The notes beneath the pieces are model-generated. The model worked only from the letters and a program-made list of their open reading frames with translations, was not told where the DNA came from and made no database searches. DNA of 64,000 bases from Candidatus Eiseniibacteriota bacterium (GTDB taxonomy: Bacteria; Eisenbacteria; RBG-16-71-46): assembly GCA_036505355.1 (NCBI GenBank), contig DASXTP010000102.1:84-64083 (forward strand). Reading direction: 5' to 3'. The translations under genes were made by a program, and so were the position numbers. This document shows positions 1 to 8,361 of the stretch, piece by piece; position 1 is the first letter of the stretch; every line of letters starts with the position of its first letter.

Positions 1-796
1 CCGCCCGCCACAAGTTGGCCGGCCAGCCGAACGAAAGCCCGCGCACGCCACTCTCCCACGCAGAGACATCGGGCGGCGGCGTGGCGGACGTCGTGGCGTC
101 CCAGGGGTCGGGCCCGGCGAGCACCGAATAGGCCAGCGCCACGTCGCCGGCATGTCGGGCGAAGATGCCGACCTGGTCGAGCGACGAGCCGAAGGCGACC
201 AGCCCATAGCGCGAGAATCGGCCGTACGTCGGCTTGAGGCCGAACACGCCGCAGAAGGCGGCGGGCTGACGCACCGACCCCCCGGTGTCCGAGCCCAGGC
301 CGAGCGGCGCGAGCCCGTAGGCGACCGCCGCCGCCGGTCCGCCGCTCGAGCCGCCGGGGACGCAGGCCAGGTCGTAGGGATTCCGGGTTGGCCCGTAGCA
401 GCTGAACTCGGTGGAGGACCCCATCGCGAACTCGTCCATGTTTCCCTTGGCGGTGATCACGGCGCCAGCCGCCCGCAGGCGCCGGATCACCGTGGCGTCG
501 TAGGGCGGCCGATATCCGGCCAGGATCCGCGACCCGCAGGTCGTCGGGTAGTCCGTCGTGCACAGGTTGTCCTTGACCACCACCGGCACGCCGCGGAGCG
601 GGCCCCTGGGCGTGCTTCGCGCCGCCGCCGCACGCGTCGCCGGGTCGGCGTGGACCACGGCGTGCACGGCCTCTTCCCACGCCCGTGCCGGCCCCTCCCA
701 GCCCGATTCCACGGCCGCCATGGGCTCGGCCTCGCCGCGGGCCACGCGCCCGGCCAGCCCCGAGGCCGAGAGCCGCCACAGCCGGTCGGCGTTCAC
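1..796 (-). CDS. gatA: Glutamyl-tRNA(Gln) amidotransferase subunit A, N-terminal part (gene runs off the window start)
   Basis: Own minus-strand translation from GTG at 796 gives [22 protein letters not shown]...[10 protein letters not shown]...[13 protein letters not shown]...[25 protein letters not shown], the amidase signature. The GTG overlaps the gatC stop (GTGA). Absent from the ORF track because no stop lies in the window. Confidence 0.85.
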   Translation of the reverse strand, partial: MNADRLWRLSASGLAGRVARGEAEPMAAVESGWEGPARAWEEAVHAVVHADPATRAAAARSTPRGPLRGVPVVVKDNLCTTDYPTTCGSRILAGYRPPYDATVIRRLRAAGAVITAKGNMDEFAMGSSTEFSCYGPTRNPYDLACVPGGSSGGPAAAVAYGLAPLGLGSDTGGSVRQPAAFCGVFGLKPTYGRFSRYGLVAFGSSLDQVGIFARHAGDVALAYSVLAGPDPWDATTSATPPPDVSAWESGVRGLSFGWPANLWRA

Positions 797-1092
797 GGAT
801 TCAGGTTCTCCACCACCGGAGGGACGAGAAAGAAGTCGCGCTCGCGATCGGGCGAGGCGGCGAGCGCCGCGTCGGCCGACAAGCGCCGCCCGTCGGGCAC
901 GTCGTCGCGCAGCGCGGCGTCGGCCGGGGCGAACGAGGTCGGCTCGCAGCCTTCCAGGTCGAGCCGATCGAGCGCCGCCGCGAAATCGAGGACCGCCGAA
1001 AGCTCGCCGGCCGTGCGGTCCAGGTCTGCCTCCTCGATCCGCAGCCGTGCCAGATGGGCGATACGGGTCACCTCGTCGCGGCTAATGGGCAT
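793..1092 (-). CDS. gatC: Glutamyl-tRNA(Gln) amidotransferase subunit C
   Basis: 99-aa ORF starting [24 protein letters not shown], typical of GatC. It sits immediately upstream of gatA and is coupled to it. Confidence 0.85.
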   Translation of the reverse strand: MPISRDEVTRIAHLARLRIEEADLDRTAGELSAVLDFAAALDRLDLEGCEPTSFAPADAALRDDVPDGRRLSADAALAASPDRERDFFLVPPVVENLNP

Positions 1093-3307
1093 CGGGGCCT
1101 CCGGTCAGGAACCGACCCAGCACCTTGCGGACTCGCGGGCCGAACCGCACCGTGAACTTGAGATCTTCCCCACCTCCCTCGGCGGCGATCACCACCCCGC
1201 GACCGAAGCTCTCATGGAACACTTCGCGCCCCAGGGTGTGAGCCAGCGAAGCGGGCGTGCGATAGGCGGGGCCCGAGGCGTCGGCACCGTCTCTTCGCGC
1301 CGCCCCCGACCGTTGCCGACCTTCCCACGCGCCCGGGATGCGCGTCGTGCTCCACGAGGCGGGAAGGGACTCTTCGCGATCCAAGATCTCCTCGGGGATC
1401 TCGTCGACGAATCGGGACACCTGACCGCCCTGGGCGGCCGGCCCGGTTCCCGCCGCGAAGCGCCGACGCAGCGCCGCGGCCGTGAGCAGCACCTCGTCGC
1501 GAGCCCGGGTGAGCGCCACGTAGAACAGGCGCCGCTCCTCCTCCAGCTCCTGGGTGCTCTCGAGCGCCGAGCCGTGGGGCATGAGTCCCTCCTCGAGGCC
1601 CGCGATCACCACCGCCGCGAACTCCAGCCCCTTGGCGTTGTGGGCGGTGAGCAACAGCACCCGATCGGCGTCTTCCTCGAGCCGGTCCACGTCCGCCACC
1701 AGGGCGGCCTCGGCCAGGAACGCCGCTAGGCCCAACTCCGCCCCCGTCGCCTCGAACTGGGTCGCCGAGGCGATCAGCTCCTCGAGGTTGGCACGCCGAT
1801 CGACGGCCTCGGCTTCCGCTCGATCCTCGACCATCGCCTGGAGGTATCCGGACCGCTCCAGACAGCGTCGCAGGAGGAGATCCACCGGGTCCACCGCGTG
1901 ACGCCTCAGGTCGTCGATGACCTCGAGGAACGCCGCGGCTCCGGTGGCCGCCCGCCCGAGCTCGCCGTCTTGCAGCAGGGCGCGCAGTGCCTCGACCGGA
2001 TCGGCGACCCCCGCCATCAGCCGCTGCTCGATCCGAGCCCGGACGGCCTCGCCCAGGCCGCGGCGCGGGGTATTGACGACTCGCCAGAAGGCGGCCCGGT
2101 CGGCGGGATTGGCCACCACGCGCAGGTAGGCCATGATGTCCTTGACTTCCCGGCGCTGGTAGAAGGCCACACCGCCCACGACCTCGTACCGCAATCCGCG
2201 GTGACGCAGCTCGGTCTCGAGGGCTCGCGACTGGGCGTTGGTCCGGTAGAGCACCGCGCAATCGCTCAGTCGGGCGTCACGACGCCGCCATCTTTCCTCG
2301 AGATACCCGCAGATCCGCCGCGCCTCGTCCACTTCGTCGGCGGCCAATACGAACTTGAGCCGCGGTCCATTCTCCCGCTCGCACCACAGTCGCTTGCCCT
2401 GGCGCGCCCGATTGTGGGCGATCACCGCGTTGGCGGCGTGCAGGATGTTTCCGGTGGAGCGATAGTTCTGCTCCAGCCGCACCACCGTCGCCCCCGGGAA
2501 CTTCTGCTCGAAGTCGAGGACGTGAGCCAGGTCGGCTCCACGCCAGCCGTAGATCGACTGGTCGTCGTCCCCGACGACGAACACGTTGCCGTGCCCGCTC
2601 GCCAAGGAGGCCACCAAGCAGAACTGGGCGTGGTTGGTGTCCTGGTACTCGTCGACCAGCACGTGCTCGAACCGCTTCGCGTAGCGGTCGACCACTTCGG
2701 GATGCTGCAACAGACGCACCGTCTCGCCGATCAGGTCGTCGAAGTCGAGCGCCGATTGGCGCCGGAGCGTCTCCTGGTAGAGCCCGAAGCACTCGGCCAC
2801 CTGGCGCTCATACGGGCTCACCGCGACACGCGCCGCCTCCTCGGGAGAGACCAGCGCGTTCTTGGCGTCCGAGATCTTGGCCAGCAGGTCGCCGACCCGG
2901 AACGACGCGTCGGGCAACTTCAGGCGCCGGATCACGTCGCGCAGAACGCTCTCCTGATCCTCCCGGTCGTAGACGCTGAACCCCGCCGGCCACCACGCCC
3001 CCGGGACGCGCCCCGCCTCGCGGCGCAGGATGCGCAACCCGGTGCCGTGAAAGGTGCCGATCCACAGGCGCTCCGCCGCTTCCCCCACCGCGCGCACGAT
3101 CCGCTCCCGCATCTCGCGCGCCGCCCGGTTGGTGAAGGTGAACGCCACCACCGCCTCGGGCCGCACGCCGCGCTCGATCAGCCGAGCGACCCGGGCCGTG
3201 AGGACCCGGGTCTTGCCGCTTCCGGCCCCCGCTACCACCAGCACCGGGCCGGTCTCGTGCTCGACCGCGGCGCGCTGTGCGGAGTTCAGTTCTGGAATGG
3301 GTCTCAA
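1082..3307 (-). CDS. uvrD: ATP-dependent DNA helicase, UvrD/PcrA family
   Basis: 741-aa ORF with SF1 helicase motifs GAGSGKT, VDEYQDTN, VGDDDQSIYGWRGA, QNYRS and TAHNAKGLEF. The start codon is TTG at 3307. Confidence 0.9.
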   Translation of the reverse strand: MRPIPELNSAQRAAVEHETGPVLVVAGAGSGKTRVLTARVARLIERGVRPEAVVAFTFTNRAAREMRERIVRAVGEAAERLWIGTFHGTGLRILRREAGRVPGAWWPAGFSVYDREDQESVLRDVIRRLKLPDASFRVGDLLAKISDAKNALVSPEEAARVAVSPYERQVAECFGLYQETLRRQSALDFDDLIGETVRLLQHPEVVDRYAKRFEHVLVDEYQDTNHAQFCLVASLASGHGNVFVVGDDDQSIYGWRGADLAHVLDFEQKFPGATVVRLEQNYRSTGNILHAANAVIAHNRARQGKRLWCERENGPRLKFVLAADEVDEARRICGYLEERWRRRDARLSDCAVLYRTNAQSRALETELRHRGLRYEVVGGVAFYQRREVKDIMAYLRVVANPADRAAFWRVVNTPRRGLGEAVRARIEQRLMAGVADPVEALRALLQDGELGRAATGAAAFLEVIDDLRRHAVDPVDLLLRRCLERSGYLQAMVEDRAEAEAVDRRANLEELIASATQFEATGAELGLAAFLAEAALVADVDRLEEDADRVLLLTAHNAKGLEFAAVVIAGLEEGLMPHGSALESTQELEEERRLFYVALTRARDEVLLTAAALRRRFAAGTGPAAQGGQVSRFVDEIPEEILDREESLPASWSTTRIPGAWEGRQRSGAARRDGADASGPAYRTPASLAHTLGREVFHESFGRGVVIAAEGGGEDLKFTVRFGPRVRKVLGRFLTGGPDAH

Positions 3308-3578
3308 GGGCGTGGCTCTTCCCCGTCGCGAGGGTCGGCGGCGTGGTCGACCGGCAATCTAGCCCATGGCCGCCGCGACCGTCCACACGCGGGGGTGAGC
3401 CCACGGCACGCCAACCCTCGCCTTGCTACACCCGAACGCCCCTTACGCGCATGCGGTCACTTTTCGGCCGAGGATCTCGGTCACGCCTATGACCAGGTTC
3501 ATGAAGGGACCTTTGGAGCGCTGCGAACGCTTGGTATAAGGGAGGTCAACACGCCCCGGGGAGGCACACCGTGAGCGC

Positions 3579-5114
3579 CTACTCGTTGTCCCAGGAGAGA
3601 GAGCGACAAACACCGGTCCCCTCCTGGGGTGGCTGGAGCACGTAGTGGGCTGTGACGGCGATGTCGAGCGTGGCGCGGCTGCCGCGGATTGCGACCTCCA
3701 CCCGGTCCACCAAGGCGAGGACGACCCGGCGTCGGGTCTCGAACGAGAGCGGGCCGGCGTCCAGCCGCCGGTTGAGCGCGGCCAGCAGCACCCCTGCCGC
3801 GTCCAGGCGGCCCTGCGCCTCCCGAGCCCGAGCGCCAGCATCCTCCAGGGTGACGAGCTCGGCGGCCAGCGCCTCCCGCTCCTGGCGGGCCAGGTCGAGG
3901 TCGCGCTCGGCTTCGCCGTCGGTGATGAGGCCGCGCCGGTGCAGGGCGATGGTGCGCTCGCGCTCGGCGTCCTTGCCGGCGAGCTGCTTCCTCAGGTCCC
4001 GGAGGCGCTTGGTGGCGAAGGCCTGCTCACTGCGGCCGAGGGTCTGCTTGCGAGCCAGCTCCGCGACCGCGTCGTTCGGGTTGCGCACGATGGTCTCGCA
4101 GTCCTTCCAGATCGCCGCCTCCAGCGCGTCCGCGCGCAGCTGGCGCGCCGGGTGCCGGCCGGTGCACCGGTAGACCGGGTTCGACCCGCCGCCCCCGATC
4201 AGCCGCCGGCCGCACGCCGCGCACCGTAGGACACCCCTCAGTAGGAAGTCCCGCCGACAGTTGCGCTTCGAGTTCGAGAAGTTCCGGGCCAGCCCCGCCT
4301 GGGCCGCTTGCCAGGTCGCCCCGTCCACGATCGCGGTGCACTCGCTCTGGATGATTTTGCCTCCTGCGCGCTTGCGGCGCGGCCCCCAAACGCGGAGCCC
4401 GCGATAGGTCGGGTTCCGCGCGATCCGCCGCACGCTGCACGACGCCCAGCGGCTGTCGCTGCCCTTGGGGGCACGAATGCCGGTGGCGTAGAGCCGGTCC
4501 GCCACCGTCTGGCTGCTGGCGCCGCCGCCGATCATCTCGAAGATCATCCGGACCACCGCTGCGGGACTCACGGTGCTGCCGGGCAGCGGCGTCTCGTCGG
4601 GGACCAGCTTCTTCTCGGCGCTCAGCACATACCCGTAGGGCACGTGGCCGGCGGCGTGGTAGCCCTCGCGCGCCCGGCGATGCAGACCGGCGGTGGTCCT
4701 CGCGACGATGTTGCAGCGCTCCAGCTCGGCCACGCTGGCCAACGTGCTGATGAGGAACCGGCCCGGCGCCGTCGTCGAGTCGAACGGCTCCGCCGCGCAG
4801 AGGATCTCGACCCCGGCCGCCTCCAGCGCCTGGATCGCGGTCAGGGTCACGAGCGTGCTGCGGCCGAGGCGGTCCAGCTTGTAGGTGACCAGCTTGGTGA
4901 TGCGGCCGGCCCTCGCGTCCTCCAGCAGGCGACGCCCCGCCGGCCGATCCTCCAGGCGCGTGGTCCCGGTGATCTCGTCCTCGTAGACGCTCGGCTCCGC
5001 CAGGCCGTGGCGCTCGCAGAAGCGGACGCACTCGGCCCGCTGCGTGGCGAGGCCGCCGCCCTGGTCCTCGGTGCTGGTCCGCAGGTAGCAGGCGATCCCC
5101 GGCTTGTCGCTCAT
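3579..5114 (-). CDS. Large serine recombinase (resolvase/invertase N-domain, recombinase domain, zinc ribbon, coiled coil)
   Basis: IACYLRTSTEDQ catalytic-Ser region, YKLDRLGRS, zinc ribbon CAACGRRL..YRCTG, long Arg/Glu/Ala-rich coiled-coil tail. Start moved from the track value 5237 to ATG 5114 (MSDKPG), which overlaps the upstream ORF stop as ATGA. Confidence 0.85.
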   Translation of the reverse strand: MSDKPGIACYLRTSTEDQGGGLATQRAECVRFCERHGLAEPSVYEDEITGTTRLEDRPAGRRLLEDARAGRITKLVTYKLDRLGRSTLVTLTAIQALEAAGVEILCAAEPFDSTTAPGRFLISTLASVAELERCNIVARTTAGLHRRAREGYHAAGHVPYGYVLSAEKKLVPDETPLPGSTVSPAAVVRMIFEMIGGGASSQTVADRLYATGIRAPKGSDSRWASCSVRRIARNPTYRGLRVWGPRRKRAGGKIIQSECTAIVDGATWQAAQAGLARNFSNSKRNCRRDFLLRGVLRCAACGRRLIGGGGSNPVYRCTGRHPARQLRADALEAAIWKDCETIVRNPNDAVAELARKQTLGRSEQAFATKRLRDLRKQLAGKDAERERTIALHRRGLITDGEAERDLDLARQEREALAAELVTLEDAGARAREAQGRLDAAGVLLAALNRRLDAGPLSFETRRRVVLALVDRVEVAIRGSRATLDIAVTAHYVLQPPQEGTGVCRSLSWDNE

Positions 5115-5290
5115 GGCTTCCCCCGCAGCTGCTGCTGGTAGAGCATCAATCCGTCCAGCACGATGCTGCTCTGGTCGCGCCCCTCGCGGGCACCCTGCAG
5201 CCGCAACCACTTCCTCACGCGGCCCGGCAACGTGCACCGGACTTTCGCGGGATGGTCCCGGCGCGGCGGCCGACCCAGCTTCCTAGCCAT
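5111..5290 (-). CDS. Small ribbon-helix-helix (CopG-like) DNA-binding protein coupled to the recombinase
   Basis: MARKLGRPPRRDHPAKVRCTLPGRVRKWLRLQGAREGRDQSSIVLDGLMLY fits a beta-strand/helix/helix RHH pattern. Its stop overlaps the recombinase ATG. The start is chosen at an internal ATG of track ORF 5111..5353. Confidence 0.5.
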   Translation of the reverse strand: MARKLGRPPRRDHPAKVRCTLPGRVRKWLRLQGAREGRDQSSIVLDGLMLYQQQLRGKP

Positions 5291-5602
5291 TGGCCTTTCC
5301 CTCGTTCTCGGCCGCGCGCTTCCGCGCTTTCTCGGCGGCCACTGCCGCCTCAATCATCGAGTCCTGCGCTTGGTCGAACCGCCGCCGGATCGCAGCCTGG
5401 GACAGGTGGCGGGTCTTCCGGTGCTGCTTGCGGCTTCCCATATCACTTCCTCCTTCCGGGGCCTCGGGGCCCTGGAAGAATTATGCCTCGCACGCCGCTC
5501 GCGCGCTCCGACTATGTTCACAGAGCGGGACTCTGGTTCTAGGAGCGGCCCACCCGTGGTAGCTTCCGGCCCTACGCTCCAACCTGCCCACAGGAGGCCG
5601 TC

Positions 5603-5977
5603 ATGATCACCAAGCGATTCCTCTACGTCTGTGCGGGGCTCCTGTGCCTCGCGCTGCGACATGACCCGGCCGCGCGGGCAGATGCACAATCTCGGGTCGT
5701 CGTCGAATGCGCCTCGGCTGGGCCTGGAAAGGAGCGTTGGGCAGTCATTGGTCGGCGCCTCTATCGGATCGTGTCGCCGGTGCCAGTAAGCAGCCGGAGC
5801 ATTCTAAGTAGCACATCTTTTGACCACGTCACGCGAGATCCGGTCCCGGGCTCGGCCAGGATTGTTGCCTGTGGTTCGTGGGCCGTCGTTCTGGAAAACG
5901 GCGAGATCTGGGATTGCGCGGGTCGAGAAGGCTGGGTGCTCGCTGGGCGCTTCGGCACTCATGAGCGGACGAGATAG
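5603..5977 (+). CDS. Small secreted protein, paralog 1 of a tandem trio
   Basis: Signal-peptide-like N-terminus MITKRFLYVCAGLLCLAL, shared with the next two ORFs. AGGAGGCCGTC precedes the ATG. C-terminal motif VVLENGEIWD resembles NGDVY of the paralogs. Confidence 0.5.
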   Translation: MITKRFLYVCAGLLCLALRHDPAARADAQSRVVVECASAGPGKERWAVIGRRLYRIVSPVPVSSRSILSSTSFDHVTRDPVPGSARIVACGSWAVVLENGEIWDCAGREGWVLAGRFGTHERTR

Positions 5978-6047
5978 TCGTCATCGGGCCCCCACCCCCC
6001 ACACAACAGTCCACGTTCGGCAGTCTGCCCCAAGCCTGGAGGCCGTC

Positions 6048-6272
6048 ATGTTCGCCAAACGCTTCTTCTACGTCTGCGCGGGGCTGCTCTGCCTCGCGCT
6101 CGCCTATCACCTGGGGGCCAGGAGCGCGACGGCACAGGCCACCAAGACCCAGATCGCAACCGCTACTGGAGGGAGCTCTTGTCTCGTGATTCTCGCCAAT
6201 GGCGATGTATACAGGGACGCGTCTGGCGACGGCACGCGATGGGTGAAGGCCGTGAACGTGTTCACGCCCTGA
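6048..6272 (+). CDS. Small secreted protein, paralog 2
   Basis: Internal ATG at 6048 of track ORF 5820..6272. N-terminus MFAKRFFYVCAGLLCLALAYHLGARSATAQA, then LANGDVY...VNVFTP. GGAGGCCGTC precedes the ATG. Confidence 0.6.
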   Translation: MFAKRFFYVCAGLLCLALAYHLGARSATAQATKTQIATATGGSSCLVILANGDVYRDASGDGTRWVKAVNVFTP

Positions 6273-6383
6273 CCGCTACCGAACCGGGGCAGGCTGCTAC
6301 GCTGGGCCGGTACCAGGGGGGGCAGGCCCTTCGACCTCCCGGACCGCCGCACCTGCCGGCCCGGTCCGAACCTGGAGGCGGTC

Positions 6384-6689
6384 ATGTTCGCCAAGCGATT
6401 CTTCTACGTCTGGGCGGGGCTGCTGTGCCTGGCGCTTGCCTACCACCTCGGAGCCCAAAGCGCTGTGGCGCTGGATCGCGATGGTCCAACCGCCGTCGGC
6501 CTGGTGGTCTACCCTGACGCTATGGGCGAGAGCCAGTGGTATGCGCTGGCTTCAAACGGCGACGTATATCATGTCACCAACCGCACCGGGTCTTGGGGCA
6601 AGAACTCGAACATCTTTTCCCCACACCCCCCGGCAAAGCTACCGTTGTCCGAGATACTTCCGGCGAAGACTCCGGGCAGCAAGCGGTAA
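6384..6689 (+). CDS. Small secreted protein, paralog 3
   Basis: N-terminus MFAKRFFYVWAGLLCLALAYHLGAQSAVA, then SNGDVYHV...SNIFSP. GGAGGCGGTC precedes the ATG. Confidence 0.6.
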   Translation: MFAKRFFYVWAGLLCLALAYHLGAQSAVALDRDGPTAVGLVVYPDAMGESQWYALASNGDVYHVTNRTGSWGKNSNIFSPHPPAKLPLSEILPAKTPGSKR

Positions 6690-6703
6690 CAGGCCACGTT
6701 GAA

Positions 6704-7375
6704 ATGCTTATCTCTTTGCTCGCGGGCCTCGCTCTGGCAGCGGTGATGTTTCTCCATGCTGTGCGTGTTAGGTGGATCGAGCGTTTTCGCGAGGCGCATG
6801 CCGATGCCCTTAGCGTGTTGGTCACCGTGCTGGCCACGTTCTGCGGCGTTGCCTGGGCGATCACGTGGACTGATATGGCCACCGATCAGCGTGAACGCCG
6901 AACAGTGGCCCGCCTGCTGGCCGTGGCTTCGCAGGAAATGTTCGTCGGGGCCGCGGATATCGCAATGGACCTGGGGGCGGCACCAAACCAAAGGGGAGCG
7001 CCGCCGGCCGATCCTTCGGTCTTCGGAGCTGTGCTGGAGAATGAAATCGTACTGAAGCACATGACCGATGCGGCACTGGGGAGGACGCAACGGCTTCGTG
7101 TCGTATATGCCAGGGCAAGACGGGACAGCGCAATGGAACGCACCGGGCAGACTCTTCTGCAACTGTCTGAGTTATTGAAGGCGGAGAGCCAGTATCAGAG
7201 CGGCCGGCACGACCGGCGCTGGCTCGCGCTGCAAATGAATCGCTCGGACTCGCTGAGGTGGAAACGTCTTGCGGAAACATTTAGGGCGGAAACGTTTAAG
7301 GAGGGCGTCCTCCACGAGTTTGGAATCGACCGCTACATGGAATTGGTCGACCGATTGTGGCAGTCGGGTTGGTAG
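6704..7375 (+). CDS. Two-TM membrane protein with helical cytoplasmic domain (unknown family)
   Basis: Start chosen at ATG 6704 (MLISLLAGLALAAVMFLHAV = TM1; LSVLVTVLATFCGVAWAITW = TM2), followed by a charged helical domain. The segment is visibly lower in GC: a hand count of 6701-6760 gives 33/60 G+C. Confidence 0.55.
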   Translation: MLISLLAGLALAAVMFLHAVRVRWIERFREAHADALSVLVTVLATFCGVAWAITWTDMATDQRERRTVARLLAVASQEMFVGAADIAMDLGAAPNQRGAPPADPSVFGAVLENEIVLKHMTDAALGRTQRLRVVYARARRDSAMERTGQTLLQLSELLKAESQYQSGRHDRRWLALQMNRSDSLRWKRLAETFRAETFKEGVLHEFGIDRYMELVDRLWQSGW

Positions 7376-7596
7376 TGACGAAGGGGCCGCCGTCGCCGGC
7401 CAGGGCACCGTGCTCATCGTCTGCCCCCGACCTCTGGTCCGCGCGACCCGGCGACCGGCCTTTCTGGCCCATCCTTGGAGTTCGATTCCGAGCGCACCAG
7501 CTCTTGGTGCCTGTACACGGTCTTCACGGCGATCCGGCCGGCGGCGAGCCAGGCCATGGCGACCGCAACCGCCGGGCTTTTAGCACTGAGGAGGCG

Positions 7597-8346
7597 ATGA
7601 TGGCAGGCATGTCATGGTCGGAGGCAGTCGAAGTGATCCAGCCGCATGTGGTTCGCATCTCGACTCCCCAGGGCTCAGGAACCGGGTTTCTCATCTCGAA
7701 CGGCCGCAATAACACAGTCTGCGGTATCGCGACCGCGGCTCACGTGATCGATCACGCTCACTACTGGGAAGAGCCGATCCGGATCGATCACATAAGTTCG
7801 GGCAAGTCTCTTGTAGTCAGGGAGGACGACCGGGCCCTGTTTCTCGACTCGAACCGTGACACGGCAGCCATTCTGTTCGATCGTGGCGAGCTGCCGATGC
7901 CGGCCGATGCGCTTCCACTGGTACCTAAGGCCATGTTCCTGATGGTGGGCAACAGGATTGGGTGGCTCGGCTTCCCGGCCATACCTGCCGCCAGCCTTTG
8001 CTTCTTCTCGGGGGACGTCAGCGCGTGGCTCGGGGAGCAGACAGCGTACCTTGTCGATGGTGTGGCGATCAATGGCGTGAGCGGTGGTCCCGCCTTTCAT
8101 ATTGTGGAGACCGATCCGGGGGCCATCGTGATCGTCGGTGTGGTTTCGTCATACGTACCAAACCGGGCTACGGGCGAGGTGCTACCGGGGCTCTCTATTG
8201 TCAGGGACGTGTCGCAGTTCCACGAGTTGGCCCCGACGTTTGCATCGCTCGACGAAGCCCAAGAGGCTCAGCCGCCTGCGGATGCGCCGCCGCCCAAGCC
8301 CGAGAGTCAGGGCCTCGGGGAAACACCAGCGAGGCGTGCTACCTGA
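7597..8346 (+). CDS. Cytoplasmic trypsin-like (S1/Trypsin_2-type) serine protease
   Basis: Start at ATG 7597 after GAGGAGG. Catalytic-triad contexts appear in His-Asp-Ser order: TAAHVIDH, NRDTAAILF, INGVSGGPAF. No signal peptide. Confidence 0.75.
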   Translation: MMAGMSWSEAVEVIQPHVVRISTPQGSGTGFLISNGRNNTVCGIATAAHVIDHAHYWEEPIRIDHISSGKSLVVREDDRALFLDSNRDTAAILFDRGELPMPADALPLVPKAMFLMVGNRIGWLGFPAIPAASLCFFSGDVSAWLGEQTAYLVDGVAINGVSGGPAFHIVETDPGAIVIVGVVSSYVPNRATGEVLPGLSIVRDVSQFHELAPTFASLDEAQEAQPPADAPPPKPESQGLGETPARRAT

Positions 8347-8361
8347 GCCTGATCCGCCGTC

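Noticed and set aside
3443-3502. 19-codon minus-strand mini-ORF (MNLVIGVTEILGRKVTACA) in the lower-GC spacer between the recombinase and uvrD
   Set aside because: It is too short to support and has no recognisable family. It could be a remnant of the integration target or a leader peptide, but there is no evidence either way.
152-3574. Long plus-strand ORFs (152..1729, 1898..3574 and similar ones throughout, e.g. 16227..18023, 18161..19600, 36506..38959, 57436..59910)
   Set aside because: They lie antisense to genes with clear family motifs. Their products are Arg/Gly/Pro/Ala-rich low-complexity strings typical of shadow ORFs in high-GC DNA.
3553-3575. Weak similarity between GCCCCGGGGAGGCACACCGTGAG (left edge) and GCCCCGGCGGCACGCGAGGGG (14866-14886, right edge) as possible att cores
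   Set aside because: The alignment needs gaps and mismatches and the GC-rich composition makes it unconvincing. Serine recombinases need only a 2-bp shared core, so att sites cannot be called from this window alone.
7434-7500. tRNA-like fragment (GGAGTTCGATTCCGAGCGCACCA with a possible acceptor pairing CTGGT..GCGC / GCGCACCAG) that could mark an att site
   Set aside because: The T-stem does not pair canonically around a 7-nt TTCGATT loop. The anticodon arm has only 3-4 bp and the acceptor needs a 2-nt bulge. The same bases read as codons of the antisense HTH-like remnant, so the resemblance is probably chance.
7579-7587. TTAGCACTG, resembling a CIRCE half-site
   Set aside because: There is no inverted partner GAGTGCTAA within 9-15 nt. 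It lies inside the mobile element next to the protease RBS.
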